Positions 9,095 to 18,456 of a stretch of DNA of 64,000 nucleotides are shown here, in pieces. The notes under the pieces were generated by a model. That model was not told the origin of the DNA, searched no databases, and saw nothing but the letters and a program-made list of their open reading frames with translations. The position numbers were made by a program, and so were the translations under genes. Origin of the DNA: a virus; IMG/VR virus record IMGVR_UViG_3300023488_000162. One strand, 5' to 3'. Numbering within the stretch: the first letter of the stretch is position 1; every line of letters starts with the position of its first letter.

Positions 9095-9427
9095 TTAAGC
9101 CCCATTCTTCTCTTCCTCAATCATGTATCGCCAATAATCCGGCTCTTTGAGAGTATTAAGTACGCCTTCAGTATGCCATCCAACACAAGAACTTAAAACA
9201 GCCGTATCCTCTCGACCATCTTTATATTTAATCTTGCACAGCACTCCATATTTCGGCAGGTCAGTATTTGTATTCTTCCAACCGTCTTTATCTTCCGGCC
9301 AGTCGATTCTAGCTCCGCAGTTACCACAGTAACCATTACGGTTACCATCTTCATTAAAGAGATATTCACCACTGTCACAGCACTGGCAGGAAATGATGCC
9401 ATCTTCTGCAAAAGGATTGTTAATCAT
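9095..9427 (-). CDS. Hypothetical Cys-rich protein
   Basis: ORF 9095..9640 trimmed to the MINNPFAEDG Met. Motifs CQCCDSG and CGNCG. Confidence 0.3.
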   Translation of the reverse strand: MINNPFAEDGIISCQCCDSGEYLFNEDGNRNGYCGNCGARIDWPEDKDGWKNTNTDLPKYGVLCKIKYKDGREDTAVLSSCVGWHTEGVLNTLKEPDYWRYMIEEEKNGA

Positions 9428-9674
9428 TTTTAGCCTCAATTTCTTTCCATCCAATGAAATCACAAATACAAAGTTTCTCTGGATCACACCTGTGGAGCAG
9501 GAATTTATTCTGTCCAGAAAGCCTAGAACCGCCAGACACTTCAGCGTATTCATAACCATCTTTAAACATTTCGGAAAGACTCCATTCCTCAACAGCAGAT
9601 AAATCAACATCATTTTTAATGATATTGCGATCGCATCCACGGCATTTAAAAATTTTTACGTATTTCTTTTCCAT
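9420..9674 (-). CDS. Hypothetical small protein (CRGC...CDPEKLC)
   Basis: 84-aa ORF. Confidence 0.3.
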   Translation of the reverse strand: MEKKYVKIFKCRGCDRNIIKNDVDLSAVEEWSLSEMFKDGYEYAEVSGGSRLSGQNKFLLHRCDPEKLCICDFIGWKEIEAKND

Positions 9675-9675
9675 A

Positions 9676-10095
9676 TCAATCTACCTCAGTACCTTTATCA
9701 TCGCCAGAGTCGTTTTTTATATCATCAAAGAAAGATCCATAATCAAACCACTTATCCTCAAGAATATTGCCAATGATTTTTACTGTACTGCCCCAACCTT
9801 TAGTTGCAACACGGACGTATTTCCCCTTCATACCCTCATACGTACTACAGCCAACTGTATCCATAATCCGCATGATGGCCTCAATGCCGGAAGCATAACC
9901 TTTAAAGTTTTTTGCTCCTACATATCCTTTACCAAGAACATATCCTCCATAGCAAACACCCCATCCATGACCATCTAACGTCAAATCAGAGGTAAAAACT
10001 CCATGATCGGCCATGCCAAGGCTAACATTCTTGATTTGCGCATTTCGGATTTCGTATCCTTCGGCTTCAAGCAGCTTTTCTGTCCACTTCTTCAT
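9676..10095 (-). CDS. Hypothetical protein (Gly-rich)
   Basis: 139-aa ORF preceded by an AGGAGG RBS and a conserved leader. Confidence 0.4.
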   Translation of the reverse strand: MKKWTEKLLEAEGYEIRNAQIKNVSLGMADHGVFTSDLTLDGHGWGVCYGGYVLGKGYVGAKNFKGYASGIEAIMRIMDTVGCSTYEGMKGKYVRVATKGWGSTVKIIGNILEDKWFDYGSFFDDIKNDSGDDKGTEVD

Positions 10096-10162
10096 TTTGC
10101 CTCCTGTTATTTAACGCATCTACGTTATAATTTTGATGAAATTTTACGATAAAACGGCACTT

Positions 10163-10402
10163 TTATTGGATATTAAATTCTTCCGCTAGAATTCGTTTGA
10201 GCTCATTTGTTCCAACTGCTTTCATATAAGTATGAGGCTCTTTTACAGTTGATACTCTAATAGCGCTTTGGCCGATTCTAGCCAGTAGTCGATTGTACAA
10301 ATCTGTCTGGTTCTTTTGATTGTTTTCGTGTTCAATGTTTTCAATCATCATTATCCTTCTTCTCCACAATGCCATGCATTTCCATAATTTCGAAGAAATC
10401 AT
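10163..10402 (-). CDS. Hypothetical small protein
   Basis: 79-aa ORF. Confidence 0.25.
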   Translation of the reverse strand: MISSKLWKCMALWRRRIMMIENIEHENNQKNQTDLYNRLLARIGQSAIRVSTVKEPHTYMKAVGTNELKRILAEEFNIQ

Positions 10403-10577
10403 CCATCAGAGCTTTCGCCATCTTCCCAGAAATATCAGGAAGCTTTAATCCAAAGTCTCTAAAAGCGCATAAAAGGCACCCCCAAGGAGTTAAGACAAAC
10501 CTTTCGTCATCATCTTCAGGATTGATGTTTTCATAGATAATGCTATCGTCTTCCATCTCAGCCACCTGCCTTTTCAA
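10341..10577 (-). CDS. Hypothetical small acidic protein
   Basis: 78-aa ORF. Confidence 0.25.
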   Translation of the reverse strand: MKRQVAEMEDDSIIYENINPEDDDERFVLTPWGCLLCAFRDFGLKLPDISGKMAKALMDDFFEIMEMHGIVEKKDNDD

Positions 10578-10758
10578 TGCTCTGAATCATGCAGCTCATG
10601 TTAGGATGAGCCTTTTCAAAGCGATGATGTGCCTTGTTCATAGCATCATTCTGATCCTGTGCTTTGACCATATATGTATTGAGTTCCTGATGTCCATCAT
10701 CATAGTACATTACTTCAACAGACCAATAATCCATATAGCTCCTTTCATGCCACCACAC
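10558..10758 (-). CDS. Hypothetical small protein
   Basis: 66-aa ORF. Confidence 0.25.
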   Translation of the reverse strand: MWWHERSYMDYWSVEVMYYDDGHQELNTYMVKAQDQNDAMNKAHHRFEKAHPNMSCMIQSIEKAGG

Positions 10759-10775
10759 CCACCCTGCTAGTTAGT

Positions 10776-11003
10776 TTACTTGCTTCGGCTACCTTTAATA
10801 AAACATTCAAGCAAAATCAGTACCAGCCAGATACCGGTTGCTACTTTGATGGTAAACGTAATATTCAGCAGCTTAAAAATCAGCCAGATAATACCGATCG
10901 TGGTAATCCACGAGGTAAAATATGTAGCCACAAGAATCAGAACAATTCCAAGAAAAGAACCAAGTGCCTTAAAGAATTTATTCCATGCGTTTATGTTAAT
11001 CAC
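10776..11003 (-). CDS. Small two-TM membrane protein (holin-like topology)
   Basis: 75 aa with two hydrophobic helices and a charged C-terminus (KGSRSK). Confidence 0.35.
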   Translation of the reverse strand: MININAWNKFFKALGSFLGIVLILVATYFTSWITTIGIIWLIFKLLNITFTIKVATGIWLVLILLECFIKGSRSK

Positions 11004-11009
11004 CTTCTT

Positions 11010-11228
11010 TTAATGTTCATCTTCATCAACATGGACAAACGCAGGTTCCACATAGACGTTATAGTCAACATACCGCATTTTCCCATCATACACCTGAACT
11101 ATATTGCAGAAATGATTTGCTTCAGTTGCATCTGGATTGTCAACCTTCATGCAAAGTATACCGTTGAGATAAAATGGATCTCCTGCTTGTAATCGAAAGA
11201 ACAATGTTGAATTTTTGAAAATTTTCAT
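11010..11228 (-). CDS. Hypothetical small protein
   Basis: 72-aa ORF. Confidence 0.25.
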   Translation of the reverse strand: MKIFKNSTLFFRLQAGDPFYLNGILCMKVDNPDATEANHFCNIVQVYDGKMRYVDYNVYVEPAFVHVDEDEH

Positions 11229-11229
11229 T

Positions 11230-11535
11230 TTATAGTTCCTTTTTAATGCACTGGTTGGTCAGTTTCTTGTACACATCCTCATACAGTTCCTGTTTATCAC
11301 CGTTGTAGGTGTACTCAGCATAGATACCGTCACCGCTGACGGTGGTAGAAAGCAGCGCCTTGTAGTTCTGGAGCGTCTTGCAACTCCAAACCACAAAGAC
11401 GTTCTCCAGCGTAATTTTATTGGACATATGCTCGTTGTACCACTTAACCAGTGCGTTCTTACAAACGCTCTCGTAATGTACCATACCTGTAATAATCATA
11501 ATTAAGCCTCCTTTTGGAATACGAATGTAATCCAA
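11230..11535 (-). CDS. Hypothetical protein
   Basis: 101-aa ORF. Confidence 0.3.
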   Translation of the reverse strand: MDYIRIPKGGLIMIITGMVHYESVCKNALVKWYNEHMSNKITLENVFVVWSCKTLQNYKALLSTTVSGDGIYAEYTYNGDKQELYEDVYKKLTNQCIKKEL

Positions 11536-11545
11536 TAGATGTTAT

Positions 11546-12398
11546 TTACTCACCCTTGGTAACGACAGTATCAGCACCCTGTACGGTAACCCAGCCATGC
11601 TTCAGACGAGCTTCTGCTTCCTTCATCTGAATCAGCTCAGGCGTGATGGATTCAGAAAGCACCTTGTTTGCGTCAGCCTCGGCCTGTGCTTCAATCATCT
11701 TAACGTCAGCTTCCGTCTGTGCCTTAACCTTATCAGTCTCTGCCTGAGCCAGAGCAGTCTGCTTATTCAGTTCTGCAATCTCTGCATCCTGCTTCGCCTG
11801 CTCCTTGGCACGAATCTTCTGCATCAGGGTATCATCAGGCTGTGCGTCAACAATCAGTGCGGAAGAGACATTGATTCCATACTCTGCGGTCAGCTTCTCA
11901 TTCAAATAGTTGGTGATTGCAGTATTAACACCTGCGCGATCATCAGAATAAATCTGCATGACACTGAACTGAGGAGTAACTTCCTTGACGTAAGCAATAA
12001 TATCGTTCTGGATCTTGCTCTCCATCAGGCTCTCGCCATCCATGCCACCAAACTTGGTATACAGTTCAATAACATGCTCCGGCAGGAAGTTATAATTGAC
12101 AGTCAGGTTGATTGCAATTGTACCGCCATTTGCAGGAGCGTCAATGTGCCAATCTGCGTGTTCCTTTGCACCATAATCAGACGGAGCGTTAGAGAATACC
12201 ACTCGCTGCTGAGTAATCGGGAACTCAGATACATGCTTCAGAGGACTCATAAAGTGCCAGCCCTGAGAAATGGTCTGCTGCTCAACTCCCTTTGCGGAGT
12301 AAACAACACCAACATAACCAGTATGTACCCGCTCAGTACAAAGCACCGCGCCAATCGCAACGAGGAATGCAACAAAAATTGCCATAAATTTCTTCATA
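11546..12398 (-). CDS. SPFH/band-7 (stomatin/prohibitin/HflC-like) membrane protein
   Basis: N-terminal TM anchor, then an SPFH-like core (GYVGVVYS...) and a C-terminal coiled-coil rich in Ala/Glu/Gln. Start at MKKFMAIF, preceded by AAGGAGA. Confidence 0.65.
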
Positions 12399-12407
12399 AG
12401 TATCTCC

Positions 12408-12485
12408 TTAATCTTTGTAGTCATCTTTTAGAATGTAATAGGCGATAACCCACACGATCACAAAGAAAACAATGATTTCTTTCAT
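12408..12485 (-). CDS. 25-aa hydrophobic micro-ORF (MKEIIVFFVIVWVIAYYILKDDYKD) translationally coupled to the SPFH gene
   Basis: The ATG is preceded by a GGTGGG RBS, and the TAA stop overlaps the SPFH RBS. This ORF is not in the supplied track; its DNA was translated by hand. Confidence 0.35.
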   Translation of the reverse strand: MKEIIVFFVIVWVIAYYILKDDYKD

Positions 12486-12521
12486 AAGTAATCCCACCAA
12501 CCCACCACTTATATTCAAATT

Positions 12522-12854
12522 TTACTTCATGCTCTCTTCGAGTTCTTTGTAGCTGATTCCACTTGTCAGTCCCGGAGACTCTTCGCTATCCGTTCCTTTG
12601 AAATACGCTCCAACAACACTCGGATGTAAATACTCAATCATTGCAAAATTAGCAACATCAATGAGCCATTCTGTATTTCCTGTCTCTAAATACTTTTTGA
12701 CTCTTGGATAAATTTCCTTTACAGCTTGAGCTAAATCTGGATATGTTTGATTCATCCAACCATATTTATAATGAGATACTAAAATACGATTCTGCATCTT
12801 TTTAACAAAACCATTATCCCAATCTCGCTCTAAAATCTGTTGTGTAGTATCCAT
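12522..12854 (-). CDS. Hypothetical protein
   Basis: 110-aa ORF. Confidence 0.35.
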   Translation of the reverse strand: MDTTQQILERDWDNGFVKKMQNRILVSHYKYGWMNQTYPDLAQAVKEIYPRVKKYLETGNTEWLIDVANFAMIEYLHPSVVGAYFKGTDSEESPGLTSGISYKELEESMK

Positions 12855-12868
12855 ATTTTATCCTTTGT

Positions 12869-15064
12869 TTAGTTATCGCTCAAATGAACCACACGATCAC
12901 GAATCTCTTGCGTCCGCCCCTGATTCCAAAACTGAGTCCCAATAAAACCGCAGGTACGTCGTGCAACATTCAGTTTATTCTGGTCACGATTACCACAGTT
13001 CGGGCATTCCCAAACGAGCTTGCCGTTATCTTCAACAATCTTAATCTCGCCGTCATAGCCACAAATCTGGCAATAATCAGACTTGATGTTCAGCTCTGCG
13101 TAGATAATAGTGTCGTAGATGTATTTGATGACACTCATCACAGCTGGGATGTTGTTGGTCATGTTCGGGCATTCAATATAAGAAATCGCTCCTCCGGGAG
13201 ACAGCTGCTGGAACTCAGACTCAAACTTCAGCTTCTTGAATGCATCAATATGCTCACGAACCACGACATGATAGCTATTGGTGATGTAATCATGGTCGGT
13301 TACATCTGGAATGATGCCGAACCGCTTTTGCAGGCACTTGGCGAACTTGTAGGTGGTAGATTCCAGCGGGGTGCCGTAGAGACTGTAATCAATATTTTCT
13401 GCTGCCTTCCACTCACTGCACTTGTCGTTCATGTGTTGCATAATCTCAAGAGCAAAAGGTTTTGCTTCATCATCAGTATGGCTCTTACCGGTCATATACT
13501 TTACACATTCATACAGACCTGCGTAACCTAAACTGATGGTTGCATATCCGTCAAACAGCAATCTATCAATCTTCTCGCCCTTCTTCAAACGTGCGATTGC
13601 ACCATGCTGAAAATGAATTGGACTAACATCAGAAGGCGTACCCATCAATCGCTTATACCGAATCTGAAGTGCTCGATGGCACAGTTCAAGACGCTCATCA
13701 AAAATTTTCCAAAACTCAGAAATATCCTTCTTAGAGCTACAAGCAACATCTACCAGATTGATGGTGACAACACCGGCATTAAAGCGACCATAATACTTGT
13801 GGCCCTTCTCCCAATTCATGGCACCAGAAATATTCTCGGTGGTTCGATCAGGGGTCAGGAAGCTGCGGCATCCCATGCAGGGGTAGCAAGCGCCTTTGTA
13901 CTCCAACATCTTCTTCTCAGAAATGTAGTCAGGTACGAATCTCTTGGCAGTACATTTAGCTGCCAATTCAGTCAGATAATAATACTTAGAATTATCTCGA
14001 ATGTTGTCTTCTTCCAGCACATAAATCAGCTTTGGGAAAGCCGGAGTAATCCATGCACCAGTCTCATTCTTCACGCCTTTAATGCGCTGACGAAGGACTT
14101 CTTCAATGATAATTGCAAGGTCATCACGGGTCTGGCCTTCAGGAACTTCATCCAGGTACATAAAAATGGTAATAAAAGGAGCCTGCCCGTTAGTGGTCAT
14201 CAAAGTAATAACCTGATACTGAATAGTCTGAACGCCTGCAACAATTTCTTTATGTAAACGCTTCTCTACAATTCGATTGATAGTCTCCTGATTTGGCATC
14301 TTGTCAATCTCATTGTTTTGAATCATGTCGTAGAACTCCTCATGGACTTCACCCGCAATCTTCTTTCGAGAAACATCCACGAAGGGAGCCAGATGAGACA
14401 GAGTAATACTCTGACCACCATACTGGTTTGAAGCAACCTGTGCGATGATCTGGGTTGCAATATTGCACGCTGTAGAGAAGCTATGTGGTTTGTCGATTCC
14501 TGTACCAGAAATCACAGTGCCGTTTTGCAGCATATCTTCCAGATTGACTAACGAGCAGTTAAACATATGCTGGGCAAAATAGTCGGAATCGTGAAAATGA
14601 ATTCGACCATCATAGTGAGCGTCCACAATATCTTTCGGGAGAAGCAGATTAAAGCTCAGATCTTTGGAGACTTCGCCAGCCATATAGTCACGCTGTACGC
14701 TATTCACAACAGGATTCTTGTTGCTGTTCTCCTGCTTGACCTTCTCATTATCTACATCACAGATGGAAAGAATTTCGCCATATGCTCGTTGCTTCTCACG
14801 AATCTCCTGTCGAAGAATACGCCAGTGATTATAAGCGTCAGCCACATCCGAAAGAGGGCTATTTTTCAACTGGTCAATAACCACATCCTGAATCTGCTCC
14901 ACAGACATCGTATCAGGGATGTCTGCGATGTAGTCTGCAATAGCATTAGACACGCGAGAATCAACTCCTCCAGTCGTATTCGTCATCGCCTTCTCAATCG
15001 CATTTACAATCTTACTTTTGTCAAAAGGAACTTTCGTTCCATCGCGTTTAATCACATATTCCAT
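12869..15064 (-). CDS. nrdD: Anaerobic ribonucleoside-triphosphate reductase (class III RNR)
   Basis: N-terminal ATP-cone (MEYVIKRDGTKVPFDKSKI), ~730 aa, C-terminal Zn-ribbon cysteines and an RTCGF glycyl-radical-type motif. Start set at the MEYVIK Met with AGAGGTGAT RBS. Confidence 0.85.
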   Translation of the reverse strand: MEYVIKRDGTKVPFDKSKIVNAIEKAMTNTTGGVDSRVSNAIADYIADIPDTMSVEQIQDVVIDQLKNSPLSDVADAYNHWRILRQEIREKQRAYGEILSICDVDNEKVKQENSNKNPVVNSVQRDYMAGEVSKDLSFNLLLPKDIVDAHYDGRIHFHDSDYFAQHMFNCSLVNLEDMLQNGTVISGTGIDKPHSFSTACNIATQIIAQVASNQYGGQSITLSHLAPFVDVSRKKIAGEVHEEFYDMIQNNEIDKMPNQETINRIVEKRLHKEIVAGVQTIQYQVITLMTTNGQAPFITIFMYLDEVPEGQTRDDLAIIIEEVLRQRIKGVKNETGAWITPAFPKLIYVLEEDNIRDNSKYYYLTELAAKCTAKRFVPDYISEKKMLEYKGACYPCMGCRSFLTPDRTTENISGAMNWEKGHKYYGRFNAGVVTINLVDVACSSKKDISEFWKIFDERLELCHRALQIRYKRLMGTPSDVSPIHFQHGAIARLKKGEKIDRLLFDGYATISLGYAGLYECVKYMTGKSHTDDEAKPFALEIMQHMNDKCSEWKAAENIDYSLYGTPLESTTYKFAKCLQKRFGIIPDVTDHDYITNSYHVVVREHIDAFKKLKFESEFQQLSPGGAISYIECPNMTNNIPAVMSVIKYIYDTIIYAELNIKSDYCQICGYDGEIKIVEDNGKLVWECPNCGNRDQNKLNVARRTCGFIGTQFWNQGRTQEIRDRVVHLSDN

Positions 15065-15075
15065 GCAATCACCTC

Positions 15076-15882
15076 TTAATCTTCCAACCAACGATTTTCG
15101 GCCACATAGAAAACTCCGACCGCAGCTACAATCAATGCGATCCAGAATACATAAAACCAAATCACTCGTGTACCAGCTGCAGAAATCATATAATCTCGTG
15201 CTTCTTCAATGTTTTTATCTTTAATGAACTGTGCATTATGTATAGTTTTATCGCTCAAATTCGCGTATAATGTACCATCATAACGAACATCTTTGACATA
15301 AAACTCGAATTTTACATGAGAACTGACTTGTACCGTAGTCAGGTACTTGCTGGATGGCATCTTGATGTCACCATACTCAAATTCTTTGCCAAGAAACGTA
15401 ATATTCTTAGAATTGTGTTCTTCTGAACTGTAATAATCCCAAGTCCAGTACGTTTCGACTCTTGTTCTTGTATGGCCTTTACCATCCGTAGTAGTGACAG
15501 TTCGTGTATGCATCGTATAGTGCTTTTCTTCGCAATAGATGTACATCCAATGGCCGTCGATACGTGGATCGCTTACGGTATCTACTGCTTCTAGTGCGCC
15601 TTGGCAAAACGCATTACCTATGTTGGTTCTCATTCCATAATCGAACATATTTTCGGACTCAATCGAAATTGCTGTATTATATTCTTTTTTCTGCTCAAGT
15701 GAATCTCTGGTGATATTTCCAGCGATAACGCTACCAAGTATCAGCATAATGAACACAATACCAACACTGACGATCAATTCACGATAAGTAATTTCGGCAT
15801 TACCGATTTCCAAAAAGGTTACCGACTGCCGGTGCCGCCTCATTCCCCTCATAGGACAGATACTCATAATTCTGAACCTCAT
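15076..15882 (-). CDS. Membrane protein of unknown function (N- and C-terminal TM helices)
   Basis: TM helix LIVSVGIVFIMLILGSVIAG and a C-terminal TM VIWFYVFWIALIVAAVGVFYV. The start is uncertain (Met codons between 15843 and 15882) and the ORF overlaps the lemA 3' end. Confidence 0.4.
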   Translation of the reverse strand: MRFRIMSICPMRGMRRHRQSVTFLEIGNAEITYRELIVSVGIVFIMLILGSVIAGNITRDSLEQKKEYNTAISIESENMFDYGMRTNIGNAFCQGALEAVDTVSDPRIDGHWMYIYCEEKHYTMHTRTVTTTDGKGHTRTRVETYWTWDYYSSEEHNSKNITFLGKEFEYGDIKMPSSKYLTTVQVSSHVKFEFYVKDVRYDGTLYANLSDKTIHNAQFIKDKNIEEARDYMISAAGTRVIWFYVFWIALIVAAVGVFYVAENRWLED

Positions 15883-16357
15883 ATCCAGTCAGACCAAGCA
15901 GAAAGGAGTTCGGAAACTTACGAACGCTCTGCTTATATTCCTTCACGACACGATTGTAATCGCCACGATAGTTTGCAATCAAATTTTCAGTGACGGATAG
16001 CTCATTCATAAGCTCCTTGTAGTTGTCGCTAGACTTCAGTTCAGGATATGCTTCCGCAATAGCTGCAATCTGAGTCGTAATCTCTTGAGCGGTCTGGCCG
16101 GAAGTGCCACGAGCATTCACAACATCCATCAAAGTCTGATACTCATGTTGGTCATAAGCCTTGACGGTTTCAACCAGATTTGGAATCAGATCAGCTCTGC
16201 GCTTCTCCTGATTCCCAATGCCAGACTTAGCTTCCTGAATCTGCTCTTCATAAGAGATGGCCGTGTTTTTAGGTCCCTGCACAATAAAGGTCATGCCAAG
16301 AATGGAAATTAACACGACACAAATAACGATAATAGGTAACTTCCAGTTGTATCTCAT
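15800..16357 (-). CDS. LemA family protein
   Basis: N-terminal TM helix followed by the LemA-type region (...RRADLIPNLVETVKAYDQHEYQTLMDVVNAR...). Confidence 0.6.
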   Translation of the reverse strand: MRYNWKLPIIVICVVLISILGMTFIVQGPKNTAISYEEQIQEAKSGIGNQEKRRADLIPNLVETVKAYDQHEYQTLMDVVNARGTSGQTAQEITTQIAAIAEAYPELKSSDNYKELMNELSVTENLIANYRGDYNRVVKEYKQSVRKFPNSFLLGLTGYEVQNYEYLSYEGNEAAPAVGNLFGNR

Positions 16358-16370
16358 TTATGTAAACCTC

Positions 16371-16901
16371 TTAAAACTTGACTTCATCGACATGGACTTT
16401 AGAGTTCAGCATCGAATGGTCAACCTTATTAACTCCTTTGTTATTCGGAGACATAGCATCATTATGAACACTCGGAACCACGGCAGTTTCGATGTTCTGC
16501 TCGTATGCGTTTGGACGATAAACACAATCGTTTACCCAACAATTAAATCTAGGATCGTAAAAATTTCCTTGGCTGTCTTTTTTCGGCATCGTAGCCAGCT
16601 TATCATTAGCCTCATCAGGAATCTTCTTGAGCGTATCTACGACACTTTCGGCAATCTTCTGCTGTTCCTCTAAAAGCCGGATTTTATAGTCCAAATAATA
16701 ACGTGCCTTCATTAAATCTTGAAGCGGGGAATTACCATCTTTGTGTCCTGCCCGGCTCAGATACTTACCAACATTCCAGAGATAAGCATCCTCGTCTAAT
16801 TGCCACTCTCGCAGCACTTTAATTGCTTCATAGGGATTGTCTGCACCGCCGTAATGAGCCGGGTGCTCGACATTCTTCTTAATTTCGTCAAGTGTTTCCA
16901 T
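16371..16901 (-). CDS. DUF3310-like phage protein
   Basis: HPAHYGG ... AIKV ... YLWNVGKYLSRAGHKDG ... ARYYLDY pattern typical of the phage DUF3310 family. Start taken at the METLDEIKK Met. Confidence 0.45.
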   Translation of the reverse strand: METLDEIKKNVEHPAHYGGADNPYEAIKVLREWQLDEDAYLWNVGKYLSRAGHKDGNSPLQDLMKARYYLDYKIRLLEEQQKIAESVVDTLKKIPDEANDKLATMPKKDSQGNFYDPRFNCWVNDCVYRPNAYEQNIETAVVPSVHNDAMSPNNKGVNKVDHSMLNSKVHVDEVKF

Positions 16902-17604
16902 CAACGACCTCCTTGTTCTTTTCAATAGGTTTATAAACATCTGCCAACCGAGGATGACGGCCACAGCAGCCACGACCTTCTGGGCAGAACGGATACTTCG
17001 GATTGGCCTCGCAAGAAGGAACCATCCAGTTTGCTACTTCAGGACAAACCTGTACAACTTCCTTCTTCATTTTTGTAAACATCTCGCGGATTTCTTTTTG
17101 AGCCCTGGAGCAAAGCCGCAGATGACTCATCTCAATCAAAGCACGAGCGTTCATCGTAATATAAAACTCTGTGCAGCAAGCATTCGGAAGAACTGCACGA
17201 GCATCTTCGTTTTTTGCGTTGTGATACTTCTTGAGAATCTGATAATCGGTATCAATGTCAGACATCATATTATCGAAAACATCAGCATCCTCACCAGTAA
17301 ACGGGTTCACATACTTGAACCCATCCTCGCTACAATAACGCTGACTGCGGCAGCTCATGCTAATATGTCGATGGCGACTAATCTGTGCCAGAAGTGCTCG
17401 GCTTACATCTTTGACGTAGAACGTAAAGTTGATGTGCTCAAGCACAGAATAATGACCGCTCGCCTTACATCCCTTGGCAATCTTATAATCGTCAGTCATT
17501 GAAGAATCGTAACAAATACTCGCAGCTTCCTCCACAATACCTAAAGGATTCTTATCACTTGTAGGAACAACTCGCTGTGTGTACGCGATCAAATCAACAG
17601 TCAT
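16888..17604 (-). CDS. thyX: Flavin-dependent thymidylate synthase
   Basis: ThyX signature SRHRHISMSCRSQRY (RHR...S...SxRY) and a size of 238 aa. Confidence 0.8.
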   Translation of the reverse strand: MTVDLIAYTQRVVPTSDKNPLGIVEEAASICYDSSMTDDYKIAKGCKASGHYSVLEHINFTFYVKDVSRALLAQISRHRHISMSCRSQRYCSEDGFKYVNPFTGEDADVFDNMMSDIDTDYQILKKYHNAKNEDARAVLPNACCTEFYITMNARALIEMSHLRLCSRAQKEIREMFTKMKKEVVQVCPEVANWMVPSCEANPKYPFCPEGRGCCGRHPRLADVYKPIEKNKEVVDGNT

Positions 17605-17614
17605 TCAACTCTCC

Positions 17615-17839
17615 TTAATATTCGTCCTGCCAGTTTTCAGGAATGTCGTTCTCACCAATTACGATACAATTTCTAGGTGCGACATTTAAAGTGTACTTTC
17701 CGTTTTGAATCTTAATCATTACGTTCATAATGGAGACAACTTTATGAATACTCCAAAGAACTCCGCGACCATTTCGAGTTCTAGCTCTAAGAACTGTGTC
17801 GCCAACATGAATCTCTCTATTAAGAATATCGGTTACCAT
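17615..17839 (-). CDS. Hypothetical small protein
   Basis: 74-aa ORF. Confidence 0.3.
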   Translation of the reverse strand: MVTDILNREIHVGDTVLRARTRNGRGVLWSIHKVVSIMNVMIKIQNGKYTLNVAPRNCIVIGENDIPENWQDEY

Positions 17840-17998
17840 TTAATCCTCCTTTATTTTAGAAGTGCAAACTTAAACCAATCTGGGAAGTTGGATACTGAAA
17901 TCCCATACTTGATAAGGCAAGACAGCAGCCACAACGCAATCATGATTCCGACCGCAATAAGATAATCCTTAAAAATCTTAATGAAAGCGATCCACATC

Positions 17999-18202
17999 TT
18001 AATCCTGTCTCTCATCTACCTCACCTCTTTCAATCAACTCATCCACAGTAACCTCTCCACAGAGAACTTGTTTAAGCTGCTCTTCTGACAACTGATATGT
18101 AATCGGATCTCCACACTCAGTAGGATATCGAGCCAAGGTTCTATAATATTCTGCAAGGGCTCGTTCTTTACGTCCCTGTTCACGATGGTCAATACCAATC
18201 AT
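17999..18202 (-). CDS. Hypothetical small protein
   Basis: 67-aa ORF. Confidence 0.25.
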   Translation of the reverse strand: MIGIDHREQGRKERALAEYYRTLARYPTECGDPITYQLSEEQLKQVLCGEVTVDELIERGEVDERQD

Positions 18203-18456
18203 ATCGCCCCACCTCCTTCCTCAAGTTTTTCGCTCTTACCAGTCACGACATATACATCATCTTCGAGATCTTCTTTGAGAATTTTTACGATATTAAATGG
18301 TTGTGGAAATGGGTCACCTTTATCTGTACATACAAGATAAAAAGTATCCGCCTCACCTATCACATCATAAAAATAACCTTTTCGCATTAAAATGACTTGG
18401 TTCAAGCACTCCACGCAGTAACAAGCATAATAGTCCGTCCTGAAGTACATCCTCAT
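18199..18456 (-). CDS. Hypothetical small protein
   Basis: 85-aa ORF. Confidence 0.3.
   Translation of the reverse strand: MRMYFRTDYYACYCVECLNQVILMRKGYFYDVIGEADTFYLVCTDKGDPFPQPFNIVKILKEDLEDDVYVVTGKSEKLEEGGGAI

Noticed and set aside
11597-12448. 283-aa + strand ORF
   Set aside because: It lies entirely inside the well-supported minus-strand SPFH gene. Its translation is Leu/Ser/Cys-rich low complexity with no RBS, so it is a spurious antisense ORF.
12884-15079. Three long + strand ORFs (12884..13531, 13604..14257, 14567..15079)
   Set aside because: All are antisense to nrdD, which has an unambiguous ATP-cone and glycyl-radical region. They are low complexity and lack an RBS.
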